A DNA stretch of 64,000 bases. It comes from Histomonas meleagridis 2922-C6/04-290x. Taxonomy: Eukaryota > Protista > Parabasalia. The notes beneath the pieces were generated by a model. It ran no database searches. It saw nothing but the letters and a program-made list of their open reading frames with translations, and was not told the DNA's origin. The DNA is taken from contig JAANOX010000186.1 of assembly GCA_020184695.1 (NCBI GenBank), forward strand, positions 16,645 to 80,644, given 5' to 3'. How positions within the stretch are numbered: the first letter of the stretch is position 1; every line of letters begins with the position of its first letter. The position numbers were made by a program, and so were the translations under genes. Positions 42,501-51,083 of the stretch are shown here, piece after piece.

Positions 42501-44350
42501 TCGATCAATCTTCACCACAAACGCCAATTCTATTTATACTTTCACCTGGTTCAGATCCGGCTAATGAAGTATATAAATTAGCTGATAAACTTGGATTTTT
42601 AGGTGATGAGAATGGTGTACAAGGTATTCAAGGTCGAACGAATAGAGTTAAATCAATAGCTTTAGGTCAAGATCAAGAAGAACCAGCTAAGAACTTAATA
42701 CAAACAGGGGCGAATAGAGGGCATTGGGTTATATTACAAAATTGTCATTTATTAACTTCATGGCTTAAAGAATTAGAGAAATTAATCGAAAAATGTACTG
42801 TTCGACCTAATCCTGATTTTCGATTATGGTTAACATCTGATCCAACAAACAAATTCCCTGTTGGCTTATTACAAAGATCACATAAAATTGTTATCGAGCC
42901 TCCATCCGGATTACAATTAAACATGAAACAATTATTCTCAACAATTACTGAAGAACAATTTAATGAATGTCCACATTTCGCTTTCCAACCTTTAGTTTAT
43001 GTATTAACTTTCTTCCATGCAGTTATCCAAGAAAGACGTAAATATGGAAAATTAGGTTGGAACATTTCATATGATTTTAATATGTCTGATTTTACTATTT
43101 CATTTAAATTGTTATCAACATATTTAACAAAGGCATATGATAATAAAGATAATTTAATCCCTTGGGGATCATTACGTTATTTAATTGGAGAGGCTATGTA
43201 TGGAGGTCGTGTTACTGATGATTTCGATAGAAGAATTTTAATGACTTATTTGGATGAATATATGGGAGACTTCTTATTCGATGATTTTCAAGTGTTTAAC
43301 TTCTTTAAGGATAATGAAAAGTCTTATGACTTACCAAAAGTTAAAGGATTAAATGAATATATTAATTATATTGATAACTTACCAATAATTACTTCTCCTG
43401 ATGTATTCGGATTGAACTTAAACGCTGAAATTAATTATTACCAAGATACTTCTCGTGAAATGTGTAATAATATATTAAATATTAATAGTAATACAATAAA
43501 TACATTAAACAGAATTAGCAAAGAATCTCAGGTATCTTCAATAGTATCTGAAATTCAACTTAAACTAAAGCCTCCATTCAATTTAAACGAAGTTCGCTCT
43601 TCCTTTGGTAATGATATTACTCCAATACAAATCGTTTTAATTCAAGAATTGGAACATTGGAATAAACTAGTCAATTGTATCACAAATTCACTTTTTGAAT
43701 TACAACGAGCACTTTTGGGTGAAGTTTCAATGTCAAATGACTTGGAGGAGCTGATGAATTCAATACACTTGGGGCGGTTACCCGAGTCGTGGAGAAAACT
43801 CGCCCCGATAACAGAAAAGTCTTTGTCTGATTGGTTAATACATTTCCAACGTCGTAGAGAACAATATGAAGATTGGTATTTAAATGGTGAACCTAAGGTT
43901 ATGTGGCTATCTGGATTACATGTACCTGAAGCTTACTTAACAGCATTATTACAAACTGCTTGCAGAGCTAAGGGTTGGCCACTAGATAAGGCGACTTTAA
44001 TGATAACTGTTTCATCTTATAAAAATTCATCACAAGTATTGACAAAACCTACACTTGGATGCTATTTAAGTGGAATGTATTTGGAAGGTGCAAGTTGGGA
44101 TATCGAAAAAAGATGTTTAGTCCAACAAAAACCAAAAGAAATTGTTACGGAATTACCTTTGTTAAAAGTTACGCCAATGGAAATTAATAAGGTCAGAACT
44201 CAAAATATGCTGAAAACACCAATTTACTTGACACAAATGAGAAGAGATGCAATGGGAGTGGGCTTAGTGCAGACAGCTTATTTGGAAACAACAGAACATA
44301 AAAGTTTTTGGATTTTACAAGGAGTAGCAATTACTATGAATATAAGATAA
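30551..44350 (+). CDS. DNAH10: Axonemal dynein heavy chain, most like DNAH10 / inner arm I1-alpha
   Basis: 4599 aa. P-loops GPAGTGKT, GGTGGGKS, GKSGTAKT and GIGGSGKK, plus CFDEFNRI and MNPGYAGRSELP. The P2-P4 pattern resembles DNAH10; subtype is assigned from recall. Confidence 0.85.
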   Translation: MMKQEALFNDERLEWIKNQLVLGLDLNGVPNEQLVEVLTKYELADFLNGKTNNTAVVFVAIDKIKEMEVEEDQQEEEEEEEDVQSIIQEDPQEYSTEQNNAKEETTEETTEETPEKNENNDQASQINEEEEQKNEEKTEEEEKKEVITHVIDLAFYFDNIPSIPQNSRVMAFYSLLGPRKPIPRDRNKIGGCFSFQVIPGNCLEGLSDCLNNVYTPIFSEHCDSPPERPDSDPLSSGIDDDFLSVFQKFVDEINHSVRKIRTVHDITFPETIPGDPEELAKNEEYVSKLEQGLDQFTSLISRTIDKLTKQGHESSGPLAEVELWRSRYIVSSSLLEQLKSPKLPEYVKVLDLINSQSLTNFNAQFEDLDRYVKEAKSNVDFLSLLERHFRNLQTCPLQTIYNSLSSIMDNLRLIWITSNYYNTESLMAPLIERISHQLSDRVQQEISTEILRGNLEEAIQQTETAYNVLTRWHDRFNEVRLLIEKSTHIPRWDFEQSRLFERPLYIADRCRELKQIAEKLNELYLILGPELKSVTNNPHVIDEIRAQVDDLITPLSPLPFDIFDKRFRAPWETVFNRFLGAALKIQEQLSGLINTSFKDLRSSEAGLDLLDRFKKIQLAGEMKDQMDGKYSDVLAKYSEEVTEIEKIYKEQRLNPPILSHHPPVTGRISWARSLFIRMKKPMLRLRTHPQITENPNFESVKQHYAEVAKLIDKQNMQLFQEWSSKTESISNNALEKPILKSIKITLYGVTINQHSVNFDPDLQQLINEGKHLERMGYTLSSDVINVLLQYPHYMKLQRSLESLLNDWNNTLNSLNSDEIPILIGCMRSVEEVFSDGTTYLNWNSLGVNDFLTRCQHAIHQFKSAANSVLSNVQKINKSIKFIGDCITIPSKIPSNIDSIFDFSDYIINYHKQKQKEILSQYLDIPPQLRIIEGNCLSIPTKQQNLIQKNLSEYYLLWEKRLLNAMTRSTLLSLIQLQLLMEIPQFQIVARLTPPNISYNPTFEIIYKIFNKLIKLILTTSNNCIKWKKGTCIIPLQQNNNNNEENEEELLNFGNDVIECEKVKSLSNDLQNKIENLIKEIEEKSKIFDFYKNIWLDDKKAIVENFKQQNPSIAEYDSKFSYYKNLYEEISELPTNINIMFTKIDYKPIIDSLKSECNQYLVTYGNALSEQLLENVKNMDNELNKYQTNMKHEIKEREDIEFVLQVINTAKDSSVQMERDMYEINESSRTLKIFGLTQPEGTAKLIPTFKERWNNIMDESSKLDISLQHTKEQFKEYTINEVQEFKKEVQQFLEKFEKEGPGNPNTPMEKGLDLVLKYRKELKEYCQRRDDFHIAEKLFGIPLTSFPQLQIIETSLNSYQQIYQLYDNQEKTMNEWASMLWSEVDVNMLINGIDGFEMSLRKLPHELRGLPPYEYLKKKISTFKESLPLFQDLKNEALRERHWNEMMVKAGAGIDFQPNAVTLANIFKMNLLQYADVINEVTNTATKELIIEKGIQEISDVWNKMRFTVIPYKRNPYSNEERGYILSGIEDILTTLDDNKMKLQSLSSSRFVTYFQKSVHEWEIILSKIGDLINIWLQVQLKWMYLESIFIGSEDIKQQLPEEANEFANIDLIWNRLMQDTRKNTLIISAVKTPDKLNTLQNFAIRLDKCQRSLSEYLETKRIAFPRFFFISDDELLSILGSGDPSSVQQHMIKLFENCESLIFKNQRNTYNVIGMTSCEKESFNFKNNILAEGAVEEWMLNVEHEMQKTLYQIMKEAVISYVKMPRTEWIQQYIGMVVLMVSQIWWTYEVEESFRQVRSGNKLAMKEMRTKMINQINDIVKLIRSNLDKLTRKKINTLIIIDVHERDLVDGFVRDSILDSHEFQWESQLRYYWDHSQDDVLIRQCTGSFQCGYEYMGLNGRLVITPLTDRCIMTLTQALSMGFGGSPAGPAGTGKTETVKDLAKAMCRLCNVFNCGEGLDHKAMARIFSGLVQTGGWGCFDEFNRIEPEVLSVISGHIRIIQSAFKAGARQFVFDGRKIPLNPGFGIFVTMNPGYAGRSELPDNLKAMFRPVVMVVPNTDLICEVMLFSEGFETNTHILSKKMITIYSMASGQLSKQHHYDWGLRAIKSVLARAGELKRLNPNLSEEVVLMTAIRDMNMPKFTYEDTPLFLGLLNDLFPDIELENIHKNVLSEKIEEIYNEMGYSKVPTQMEKILQLHETMNARHTTMVVGGTGGGKSVIIDVLAKAQTRIGILTRLFTLNPKAYTVSELYGVLDPTTRDWKWGLFSKIFKDINQQTEKKEARYIVFDGDVDAVWVENMNSVMDDNKLLTLANSERIRLLPHCALLFEVGDLQYASPATISRCGMVYMDPRNLGCVPYYERWLIQKNRPENTILKGLFERYVNSCVNFINGKVNDNLTSTPLETIIPITSISMVKQLCSFLDALLPEEEIKDTEILESLFIFSIIWSFGGTLTTESMIKFDQFIKKLSNWVIIDTPGKFAKAGQLPGIDNTTLYEYEFNIQKQQWIPWNIKINDYEIPLNIQFNQIIIPTIDTIRNQYILEKIVNKSNQPILFIGKSGTAKTSTIQNFLSSFDPNDYLTKTLNFSNCTTSMDVQTSIEESLDNPTKDTSVPQGGKNMILFIDDINMPTVDKYGTQQPIALLKLLIERNGMYDRKGDLTWKQVQKISYISAMAPPGGSRALLDPRFVSLFNVFHIVPPSDESLHHIFNTILKNHIKNFSDEIQQIYPKITDSTLIFFNDIVTKLPPTPSKFHYLFNLRDLSRVFEGICKSTPSKFNTLGKFIKLWRNECLRVFHDRLINENDRKFVIDKIETLINDNFNNVKDEAIQNPSLFGDFIVESGSDGPYLYQDLISYENLKQHFVEIIEDYSISKKVKSNIVLFDYVIEHLTRILRIIKTPRGNALLIGIGGSGKKSLTKLAAYTVGYEIFEITLTRTYNINDFKDDLKKLYHLVGIERKQVVFLFSDNHIISETFLELINNMLTNGIIPGLFTQEDKNDIMPHVSEDVIRKGLIETPENCWKVFIDRCRDNLHIVLCFSPSGDNLRRRCRDFPGLVNNTVIDWFDPWPNEALFEVSKYFLEQLENDTTNVNSNQIIPKDIFEQVINHMVFAHQQCVKYSIEFSTIYRRYVHITPTNFLDYISTFIKLLKDKKQYIEQQLQILSDGLKRLVSASKEVEELDARFKIQQKNLTYKEFENNKLMREQTERKVLTEQKMQEASIKEQEIKENLEHIKVAKIAAENALEEAKPIHEKAKQAVSKIDLGEYAKFKSMASPPEISTEIGKLICAFFNETEGEESWSNARKYMAKPSFLNDMKEFNVREKCTNDRKMKRIQQYIKSLESRSNEIQRAGNSARIIFEWCQNIYAYYEIDKNVKPKEQLVDKMENEQKKSQNDFIRIKKELQELQEEQNKVTLKLKQGQQEQEELKRQKDQLEQRLLAAQKLISGFSSEKIRWTEDKENLQKLLNYLIGDCLLSSIFLSYLGPLNHEYRNKILFDILKKDLIDRNIPINNNFNLGLFLSDEAEIFGWKGEGLPADELSIQNGLLITRSNKFPLCIDPQLQVVHWIKQHIGEKQLKITNFQDPEFSRILENAIQYGLIVLFEGIDEFIDPILTPLLEKNIISQGSRKFIKFNDKELDYDENFKIFLTTKLSSPNYSPEISSKVTLINCCVTEKGLQEQLLDITISNEHKELHEQKNSLVKETSDMKRRLQTLQKTLLKLLSESTGYITDNDQLLATLEETKNEATTITSKLDTAQKTTIELDNLCNEFLPVAKRGSILFFSMNNLNLINSMYEYSLSSFSEVFISSLKRAAPTPVISKRIQNIISVLTHDVFEYVLKGLFERHKLMYAFHMTLCIKREEGKINSTILDFILKGNISLEKSNEQNPFPKWLPEQSWENINKLITIDENFKNLKEDLIENEEIWHEYFNEATPETTKLPLNYETTLDDLSKMCILRCFRPDRLFLSARNYIIENMGESYSKFPIINYQALFDQSSPQTPILFILSPGSDPANEVYKLADKLGFLGDENGVQGIQGRTNRVKSIALGQDQEEPAKNLIQTGANRGHWVILQNCHLLTSWLKELEKLIEKCTVRPNPDFRLWLTSDPTNKFPVGLLQRSHKIVIEPPSGLQLNMKQLFSTITEEQFNECPHFAFQPLVYVLTFFHAVIQERRKYGKLGWNISYDFNMSDFTISFKLLSTYLTKAYDNKDNLIPWGSLRYLIGEAMYGGRVTDDFDRRILMTYLDEYMGDFLFDDFQVFNFFKDNEKSYDLPKVKGLNEYINYIDNLPIITSPDVFGLNLNAEINYYQDTSREMCNNILNINSNTINTLNRISKESQVSSIVSEIQLKLKPPFNLNEVRSSFGNDITPIQIVLIQELEHWNKLVNCITNSLFELQRALLGEVSMSNDLEELMNSIHLGRLPESWRKLAPITEKSLSDWLIHFQRRREQYEDWYLNGEPKVMWLSGLHVPEAYLTALLQTACRAKGWPLDKATLMITVSSYKNSSQVLTKPTLGCYLSGMYLEGASWDIEKRCLVQQKPKEIVTELPLLKVTPMEINKVRTQNMLKTPIYLTQMRRDAMGVGLVQTAYLETTEHKSFWILQGVAITMNIR

Positions 44351-45299
44351 TAAAGTGATTAATAAAGTATTTTTAATATGCATTCGAATTTCATTTAATA
44401 TAATGTTGTGAGTAATTATTTCCTGATGAAACTCATTCATGTTTAAATTTTATCAAAAAGAATCTCTTCAAATGAAGAGCAAGAAATAGGAACACATAAA
44501 AAGTTTTATATATAGAACTTCAAGTTATTAAAAGAATTTTAAAAATTGTAAAACCTGTGATAAGAATGAGTAGTTATTTCAATATTATCTGTAAATTGTA
44601 ATAGATTAATAACTATTTTATTAAGGCTGTACTCAATATCACTAAACTTAAGGCCATTGATTTATTACAAAACTTCACTCATTTAACTTATAATCCACAA
44701 TATTTACAAATCTTTTAATTTCTGATCAAAGAACTTCAGATAATAAATGAGGAACGTATTAAGAACACGTATGAACTTTATACATAGGAAAAAAGATTGA
44801 GAAAACACTTAACACGCTAAGTAGTTTTCTTTTTTAATCAATAAACATGTGATCAAGTAAAGACAAATTCGAAAAGAATTACTTATCTTTAAGTATTAAT
44901 AAAACAATTCAAAATCTGTGTACACATGTTAGAAAACAAAATGAATAGTAGATTAAAACTATGAACAAAAAGGAAAGAATTATAATTTGAACAGGAGAAA
45001 CAAATTACAAAAACTGAATTCTATTTCTGTTGGCAAAATCGAATACTTCTTATCACAATTAAAATAAAAACAAACAGCTAGAAATGATACTGGTGAAATT
45101 ACAAAAAGACATATTTAACTCAACTAAATATGTGCAGAATACCAAATAAAGAATTGATGACAAGATAAAGTACAATACATCACAACAATGTATATCGTAA
45201 AGATATGAGATTTATTTATGAAATTAAACTTCGCTTCGTAATGATTTTTCTTTATTTTTGGCTGATTTAAGTAAACTGTCACTTTTGTATCTGGTCAAA

Positions 45300-46532
45300 A
45301 TGTTTTTTCTAACTTTCTTGTCATTATCGGTATCACATAGAATTTTAGCATTACTTTCTTCAAAAGGCGATGAAGATAAATACGCTACATTCTTTGATGA
45401 CTTAAAATCACTCAATTGCGAAATCACATTTTCGACATGCGAAAAGAAACAAGTTTATCTCGAACGCTTTGGACAAAAAATATATGACACAGTTGTTATA
45501 ATGTGCGGTAAATCAGGTTGTTTAGGTAACAATGCAGAAGATCTTTTCGAATTTGTTGATAATGGTGGCAATGCATACGTTTTTTCATCAGAACAAGGTA
45601 GCGAACTTCAAGACAAAATTTATAGACATCTCAACCTTCGCGTTATTAGTTCCAATAAAATGACAGACATTTATGGAAACAAGGAAATTGTTCTTCGTAA
45701 AATTGTAGCCCCACCACAAATTATTTCCAAACCAGTTAATCCACTTGTTTATGAAGGTGGTTATTCAACAATTGATCGCCCTAATGATTTCCGTTTTCCA
45801 ATTGTTGTTGGTGGTCTTGAGCATACTCCATCTACACCAGATCTTGTATCATATTCACCACATGTTGCCAATGATTTAATTCCGATATCAGCATTTCAAG
45901 CACGAAATGGTGGACGTATCGTAATTATCCATTCATCAACCTTTGCTCTTGACATCACCATGCAGAAAGATGTCACTCTTTCCGAAAGCATGGGCAAACT
46001 TAGTGCACCAATTCCAAATGGAAATCGCGATCTTCTTAAACAACTTAGCGAATGGCTTATCCATTACAAGAACCATGTTAAAATCGTCGAGGCAAGCCAC
46101 TGCGATGCTGCCACTGGAGAAACTCCCGTTCAGTACCACATCAAGCAAAACGTGACCGTTAACGCCCATGTTGTCTACACCGATAGGGGCGAATGGAAGA
46201 ATTACACCGAAAGCGATGTTCAAGTTGAAGTATTTATGCTCGGTGTTTTTGTAAGGAGACATATGAAGATGATTGAACCTGGCCATTATCAAGAAACGCT
46301 TATGCTCCCAGATCGTGCAGGTAACTTCAAGATCAAAGTATTCACAGATAAAGAAGGATGGATGAATGCGAGAGAAGAAATGGCAATCGCAATAAGGCCA
46401 CTTGCAATACGCGAGAAGGAGAAGTTCTTATATTGCGCGCAGCCATACCAAGTTTCGATGATGTTAATAATGGCCGCCGCTTTTCTCGCCGCAGTTCACT
46501 TCCTTTATCACAAGCCACAACAAATGAATTAA
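45300..46532 (+). CDS. WBP1: Oligosaccharyltransferase 48-kDa subunit (OST48/DDOST/Wbp1)
   Basis: Signal peptide MFFLTFLSLSVS, FVDNGGN, FQARNGGRIV, LPDRAGNFKIKV, and C-terminal IRPL...PY plus TM helix. Start is the ATG at 45300, downstream of Inr-like TCACTT. Confidence 0.88.
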   Translation: MFFLTFLSLSVSHRILALLSSKGDEDKYATFFDDLKSLNCEITFSTCEKKQVYLERFGQKIYDTVVIMCGKSGCLGNNAEDLFEFVDNGGNAYVFSSEQGSELQDKIYRHLNLRVISSNKMTDIYGNKEIVLRKIVAPPQIISKPVNPLVYEGGYSTIDRPNDFRFPIVVGGLEHTPSTPDLVSYSPHVANDLIPISAFQARNGGRIVIIHSSTFALDITMQKDVTLSESMGKLSAPIPNGNRDLLKQLSEWLIHYKNHVKIVEASHCDAATGETPVQYHIKQNVTVNAHVVYTDRGEWKNYTESDVQVEVFMLGVFVRRHMKMIEPGHYQETLMLPDRAGNFKIKVFTDKEGWMNAREEMAIAIRPLAIREKEKFLYCAQPYQVSMMLIMAAAFLAAVHFLYHKPQQMN

Positions 46533-46585
46533 ACAAAATCACATTTATCTTTTTATTTTTTTGTTTATTGAACATGAAAAAAATT

Positions 46586-47911
46586 TCACTTTTTGATTAA
46601 ACTGTCCCTTTCTTTCATCATGAGTTGGAGCCTTTCAAATAATGCTTTCCCTTCAAGAGTGTCTTTTCCTCTTCGTTTGATCTCTTGCGCATCACTTAAT
46701 ATCTGTTTCTTGACCATGTTAATGTAATCTTGAACAGATATCTTCGAGGTTTTGATGCTATTCTCCAATTCAATTAACCGTTTTTCGACGGTTTTTAGCT
46801 GCTCTTCCATTTTCGGTGGATAAACAACATTAAACGACTTGAACGCTTCGATGTTCTTGGACGTGGACTCCTTGATATGACGGAGCGCTTGTAAGCAAAT
46901 GAACCTCTCAAGTTCCCATGGCTCTAGTAATCGACATGGAACAAGTTTCGAAGAAAGTTGCTTCTTCTCTTCTGGAGTAAGCTGGCTCACTTCTCGTGGC
47001 GTTACCTTAAGAGTAGGCTTTTGGATTTGTGCATCTTTGGCAATTGTGTAATAATCAATTTCGCAAACTTTGTACTCTGGGGTCTTGAGAGAAGTGTTGG
47101 CTTTAATTTCAATGGTTATGGAATATTGGGTATTGTGCTTGGAGTTTGCTACTGGATCCATTATGAAATCTTTTTGAACTTTTGATTGAGACTCGAGAAG
47201 AGCAACGGGTATATCTAACGTGGCTACTTTGGCTTCGCTAATCTTGAAGAGATGTTTAGTAAAGCAAATAAGCTCGAGTTTAACTGATTTACGTAGAAAA
47301 CGTTCAACAAAATTTGGATGATTGCGTCTGATACAGTTGAACGAAATGGGAAACGAAACTTTTCCTGGCGTAAATCGTTCAGTAGTGGTTGGGCATTGTT
47401 TATCTGTGTCAGTTGGGGAATATGCAATAAACGAATAAGAATTGTTTTCATTTGGATCTGTCGTCTCGAGGTTTTTGATGGTTACAACAATATCTTCTTC
47501 TGGAATATTTTGAACAACTGGAGAAAGATATTTAAATTGAGATTGTACAATCTTTGGAGGCATAAATCCTTGTGTAAGACAAAGGTTCATGACTTTGCAG
47601 TGGGCTGTAACTGTGTTTAGAGCTGCTTGAATTTCTTTAGTGGATTTGGCATTTTTTTGCTCTTTTGCAATAGAAAGTTGTTTGCTAAGTGCTACTCTAC
47701 CTTCATTTAACTTTTCAAGGCTTTCCATTACATGGTCTTGCGGAAGCTTTGATGCTTCTTTCATGTTTGATTCAATAGATTGACATAAAACAAGAAAATT
47801 TGTGGCATACTGCTCTGCAAGTTTTTGATTTCCCTCAATTCTTGCTTTTATGGCAAGTTGGATTATGTGCATTCCTGCATCATAAAGACGCTTTTGCTCT
47901 TTTGATTCCAT
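46586..47911 (-). CDS. CC2D1/Lgd-like protein (DM14-like helix + C2 domain)
   Basis: N-terminal AIKARIEGNQKLAEQY (DM14-like), a central C2-like region RKSVKLEL...KVATLDIPVALLE and a helical C-terminus. Confidence 0.55.
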   Translation of the reverse strand: MESKEQKRLYDAGMHIIQLAIKARIEGNQKLAEQYATNFLVLCQSIESNMKEASKLPQDHVMESLEKLNEGRVALSKQLSIAKEQKNAKSTKEIQAALNTVTAHCKVMNLCLTQGFMPPKIVQSQFKYLSPVVQNIPEEDIVVTIKNLETTDPNENNSYSFIAYSPTDTDKQCPTTTERFTPGKVSFPISFNCIRRNHPNFVERFLRKSVKLELICFTKHLFKISEAKVATLDIPVALLESQSKVQKDFIMDPVANSKHNTQYSITIEIKANTSLKTPEYKVCEIDYYTIAKDAQIQKPTLKVTPREVSQLTPEEKKQLSSKLVPCRLLEPWELERFICLQALRHIKESTSKNIEAFKSFNVVYPPKMEEQLKTVEKRLIELENSIKTSKISVQDYINMVKKQILSDAQEIKRRGKDTLEGKALFERLQLMMKERDSLIKK

Positions 47912-48477
47912 AATATAAGACGATAGTATAATTGAATTAAAAACAGTTTGACAAAAAACTGACGGTTCTCTTCAGGGCACCCTAAATCCTTACGTTGCTT
48001 AATGAATTTCCATAGGAATGGAGACAGATAAAATGTTAATTATTTAGGGGGCAAGTTGCTACCAACCAACTGTGAGCTCTTATGGTAGAAAAAATCAAAA
48101 AGGAAAAGATAGATCAGATTAAGATTTCGAAATCCAGTAAATAAAATAATTTAAAAATATAAACCTTTCCTTAACACAAAAAAATATATTTATTGAAATG
48201 AATTTATTGAAAAGCCATTAAAGAATCTTAAGGAAAAGCATGAGCACAAGACACTATAAATATATAAAGTATTCAAATTATATGTAATGTTATGAATATT
48301 AATATGTTCAAAATTTAAATATCTTATTAAAAATGATAAATTCCAATAATGAATATGAAGCAAATTAATTAACAATGTGAAGTAAATTAAATATTAAAAA
48401 ATTAAAATTTATAAAAGTGATTTTGTTTCACAACATTAAAATATAACTGAATAAATACTTACATTTTAATACAAAAA

Positions 48478-49032
48478 TTATTTACAGGGCTTGAAATCTT
48501 CAGGAGGAAGTTCTAAAAGTTGTGTTACTGAGTGTACATCATTTGGAGGATATTGTTTTGTTAATGCTTCTATCCGTGTTAATTTATCAAAGTAAAAGTT
48601 TCTTTCCTCAGACACCGAGTCTAATTCACTTCTAAACTGCTTTAATTCCTTTAATTTATAATTTAAGATTTTTTCGAGATTATCTAAAAGATCATCAATA
48701 GACATTTCTTGATCTTCACACTTTTCGGGATCAAGAGAAATTAAAGAAGAAATTATTCTTGAAAGTTCTCCTTTATCACCAGATACTAATTTTCCCATAT
48801 TAAAATCAAATGGAAGATTAAGTTCACTCCCATAAATCTGTTTTGCCAGCTGGAAATTAGTAGACTTTTCAAATGGTACTCGACCTCTTGTTACATTTGC
48901 TGCTTCTGCTGCTTTTCCAGTAATCAATATCAAATAATAACAAATCTCACGACCTGAAGAAGCTTCTTCTATTGTTCGTAGGTTTCCATTGACTTTGTTA
49001 TTAAGCCATTCAACCAATTTTTCTTCTTCCAT
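48478..49032 (-). CDS. EB1: EB1-family microtubule end-binding protein (compact)
   Basis: N-terminal CH-like domain (LVEWLN...IEEASSG...NFQL) and EBH motif EERNFYFDKLTRIE. Confidence 0.8.
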   Translation of the reverse strand: MEEEKLVEWLNNKVNGNLRTIEEASSGREICYYLILITGKAAEAANVTRGRVPFEKSTNFQLAKQIYGSELNLPFDFNMGKLVSGDKGELSRIISSLISLDPEKCEDQEMSIDDLLDNLEKILNYKLKELKQFRSELDSVSEERNFYFDKLTRIEALTKQYPPNDVHSVTQLLELPPEDFKPCK

Positions 49033-49574
49033 TTTTTAAACGTTCGAAAACTGACTTCACATTCCGTTTGCTCCAAAAATCAAGAAGGCTGTTTCATGTG
49101 CGCATGTCAATACTAAAATGAAAGCTTAACTTTTATAGTTCTTTGAAATTAAATTTTTCGTTAGACATCATCATTATGTATTTTTTAGAGGAACCAGCTT
49201 GAAAGCATTTTAAAAATAGATACGATGTAATTATTGTGTAATCCTTTTATTGATGCATATTCAAATATGAAGTAACAAACATCGATAAGAGAGAAGAAGA
49301 ATCATATATGTAATTATAAGCAATCAGAACTTTGGTAATCAATTTACAAAACCAAAAATTTATAATTCGCATTTTTATTTTAGCAAAATCTAAATTTGAA
49401 TTTTTTCCAATCCAAACAATTCTATCGATAGGAAAGAGTTTGGGAAATGACTCTTTTCGCACTTCAAATTATGGAAAAAGTTTCTGTAAATGTTTTTTCA
49501 CTTGGAAGTCAATTATCACACTTCCAAATTACATCACAACAAAGTTCATCTATTCCAATCACTACACAATTCAT

Positions 49575-50723
49575 TCATCCACTCGATAGGTCCACATTTA
49601 TGAATGGATGCTGTAGTGCTTCGTTCGGCTTCAATCTTTCGTCGGGGTCAATTCTTAATATCTTCTCCAAGAAGTCGTAAAACATTAATCGCTTCGGCCT
49701 TTCGCGTCTTTTGACTTCTTCTGTTGTTTTCTTGCCATATTCGAGAATCACATTCTTCAAGTTTGGTATGATGAAGTACTTATAGTTAAATTCAGTTTGC
49801 GGCATCGATCCGAGGCCATTGTCATTAAAGTATTGTTGCTCTGTTTTTAGTGTTCCGTTTTCATTGAAAAACATGTTCCGTTTGGTGGAGTGCTGTAAAA
49901 CTCGTTCGGGAACATTACCTAACATTGTAGTGATCAATTCGATCATTTGAAACTCGTTTTGACCTGGAAAAAGTGGCAGCGCAGTAAAAAGTTCAAATAA
50001 TACACAACCAAGCGACCACATATCAATGGGAAATGAATAGTCCATTCCGAGAAGAACTTCAGGCGCTCTATAGTAACGCGATTGTATGTAAAATTGAGAT
50101 TTTTGATTTGATGGCATGGTGCTTCCAAAATCAATCATCTTGACAGAGAAAGAGTATATGTCGCCAAGTAATATGTTTTCGGGTTTTAGGTCACAATGAA
50201 TAAGACCAATACGTTGTAATGCAATTAAGGCTACAAGCATCTTCTTAGCTACAACCTGGACGAGTTGTAGTGGAAGACCATTGTAATCGCGGCGTTTGAT
50301 GACCTCGTAAAGATCAAATGATAAAAGCTCAATTACCATGCAAACATGATCATGATAAATAAACCAATCATATAATTGAACAATACATTCTTTCTCGGCT
50401 TCTGTAATCTGTGATTGTATTTGCATCATGATATGGACTTCGCGTTGAGCTTGTTGCCGGTATCGATGATGTGATTTAGATATTTTTACGGCATAATTTG
50501 CAGGAGGTTGTGTTCCACTTGAATGAGGAACTATTTCTTGAACTTTTAAAACTTGACCAAATTGACCACGACCAAGTAATGAAATTACTTTGTATTTAGT
50601 GCCTTTTGGACTATCAAGTATATCGTTTTGCTTTATTATAAGATCTCCATTTGAATTGTCATGACTAAGCGGGAAAGCTGGAGTGCTAGGTTGTGTTAAA
50701 ACAACATTAAGCGATCCAATCAT
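49575..50723 (-). CDS. CMGC DYRK-family (Yak1-like) kinase
   Basis: GRGQFGQV, YAVKI, IHCDLKPENIL, DFG, FYIQSRYYRAPE and a DH-box-like HDNSNGDLII. Confidence 0.92.
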   Translation of the reverse strand: MIGSLNVVLTQPSTPAFPLSHDNSNGDLIIKQNDILDSPKGTKYKVISLLGRGQFGQVLKVQEIVPHSSGTQPPANYAVKISKSHHRYRQQAQREVHIMMQIQSQITEAEKECIVQLYDWFIYHDHVCMVIELLSFDLYEVIKRRDYNGLPLQLVQVVAKKMLVALIALQRIGLIHCDLKPENILLGDIYSFSVKMIDFGSTMPSNQKSQFYIQSRYYRAPEVLLGMDYSFPIDMWSLGCVLFELFTALPLFPGQNEFQMIELITTMLGNVPERVLQHSTKRNMFFNENGTLKTEQQYFNDNGLGSMPQTEFNYKYFIIPNLKNVILEYGKKTTEEVKRRERPKRLMFYDFLEKILRIDPDERLKPNEALQHPFINVDLSSG

Positions 50724-51083
50724 TTCCTCCTTTAAACGAGCACTTTTAACTTCACATCCAATGAATTCAATTAAATTTTGTGTAGCTAATCCAACCTTTT
50801 CAATGCAGTGAAATTTGCCAATTACTGAGCAAAAGCCCTTTTTTTCCTCAACGGGCTTTAAAACCCATTATTTCAAATATTTAAAAGACAAATCCCGTGC
50901 CTTTCAAGTTATTTTCATTCCCATATAATTTTGTATAAAAACATTCAAAATTTGTTAATTTTTTTATAATCTGATTCAAACATCAAATCTAAATCACTGT
51001 ATAAAAAATGTTTTTATATACAAACACACAAAATAATAAAAAATTTGGACCTAAGAAGTGTTTACTAGCGAATTACCCAATGA

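Noticed and set aside
50721-50736. Shine-Dalgarno-like AAGGAGG just before the DYRK kinase ATG
   Set aside because: Spacing is only 2 nt and the gene is a typical eukaryotic kinase, so this is treated as chance.
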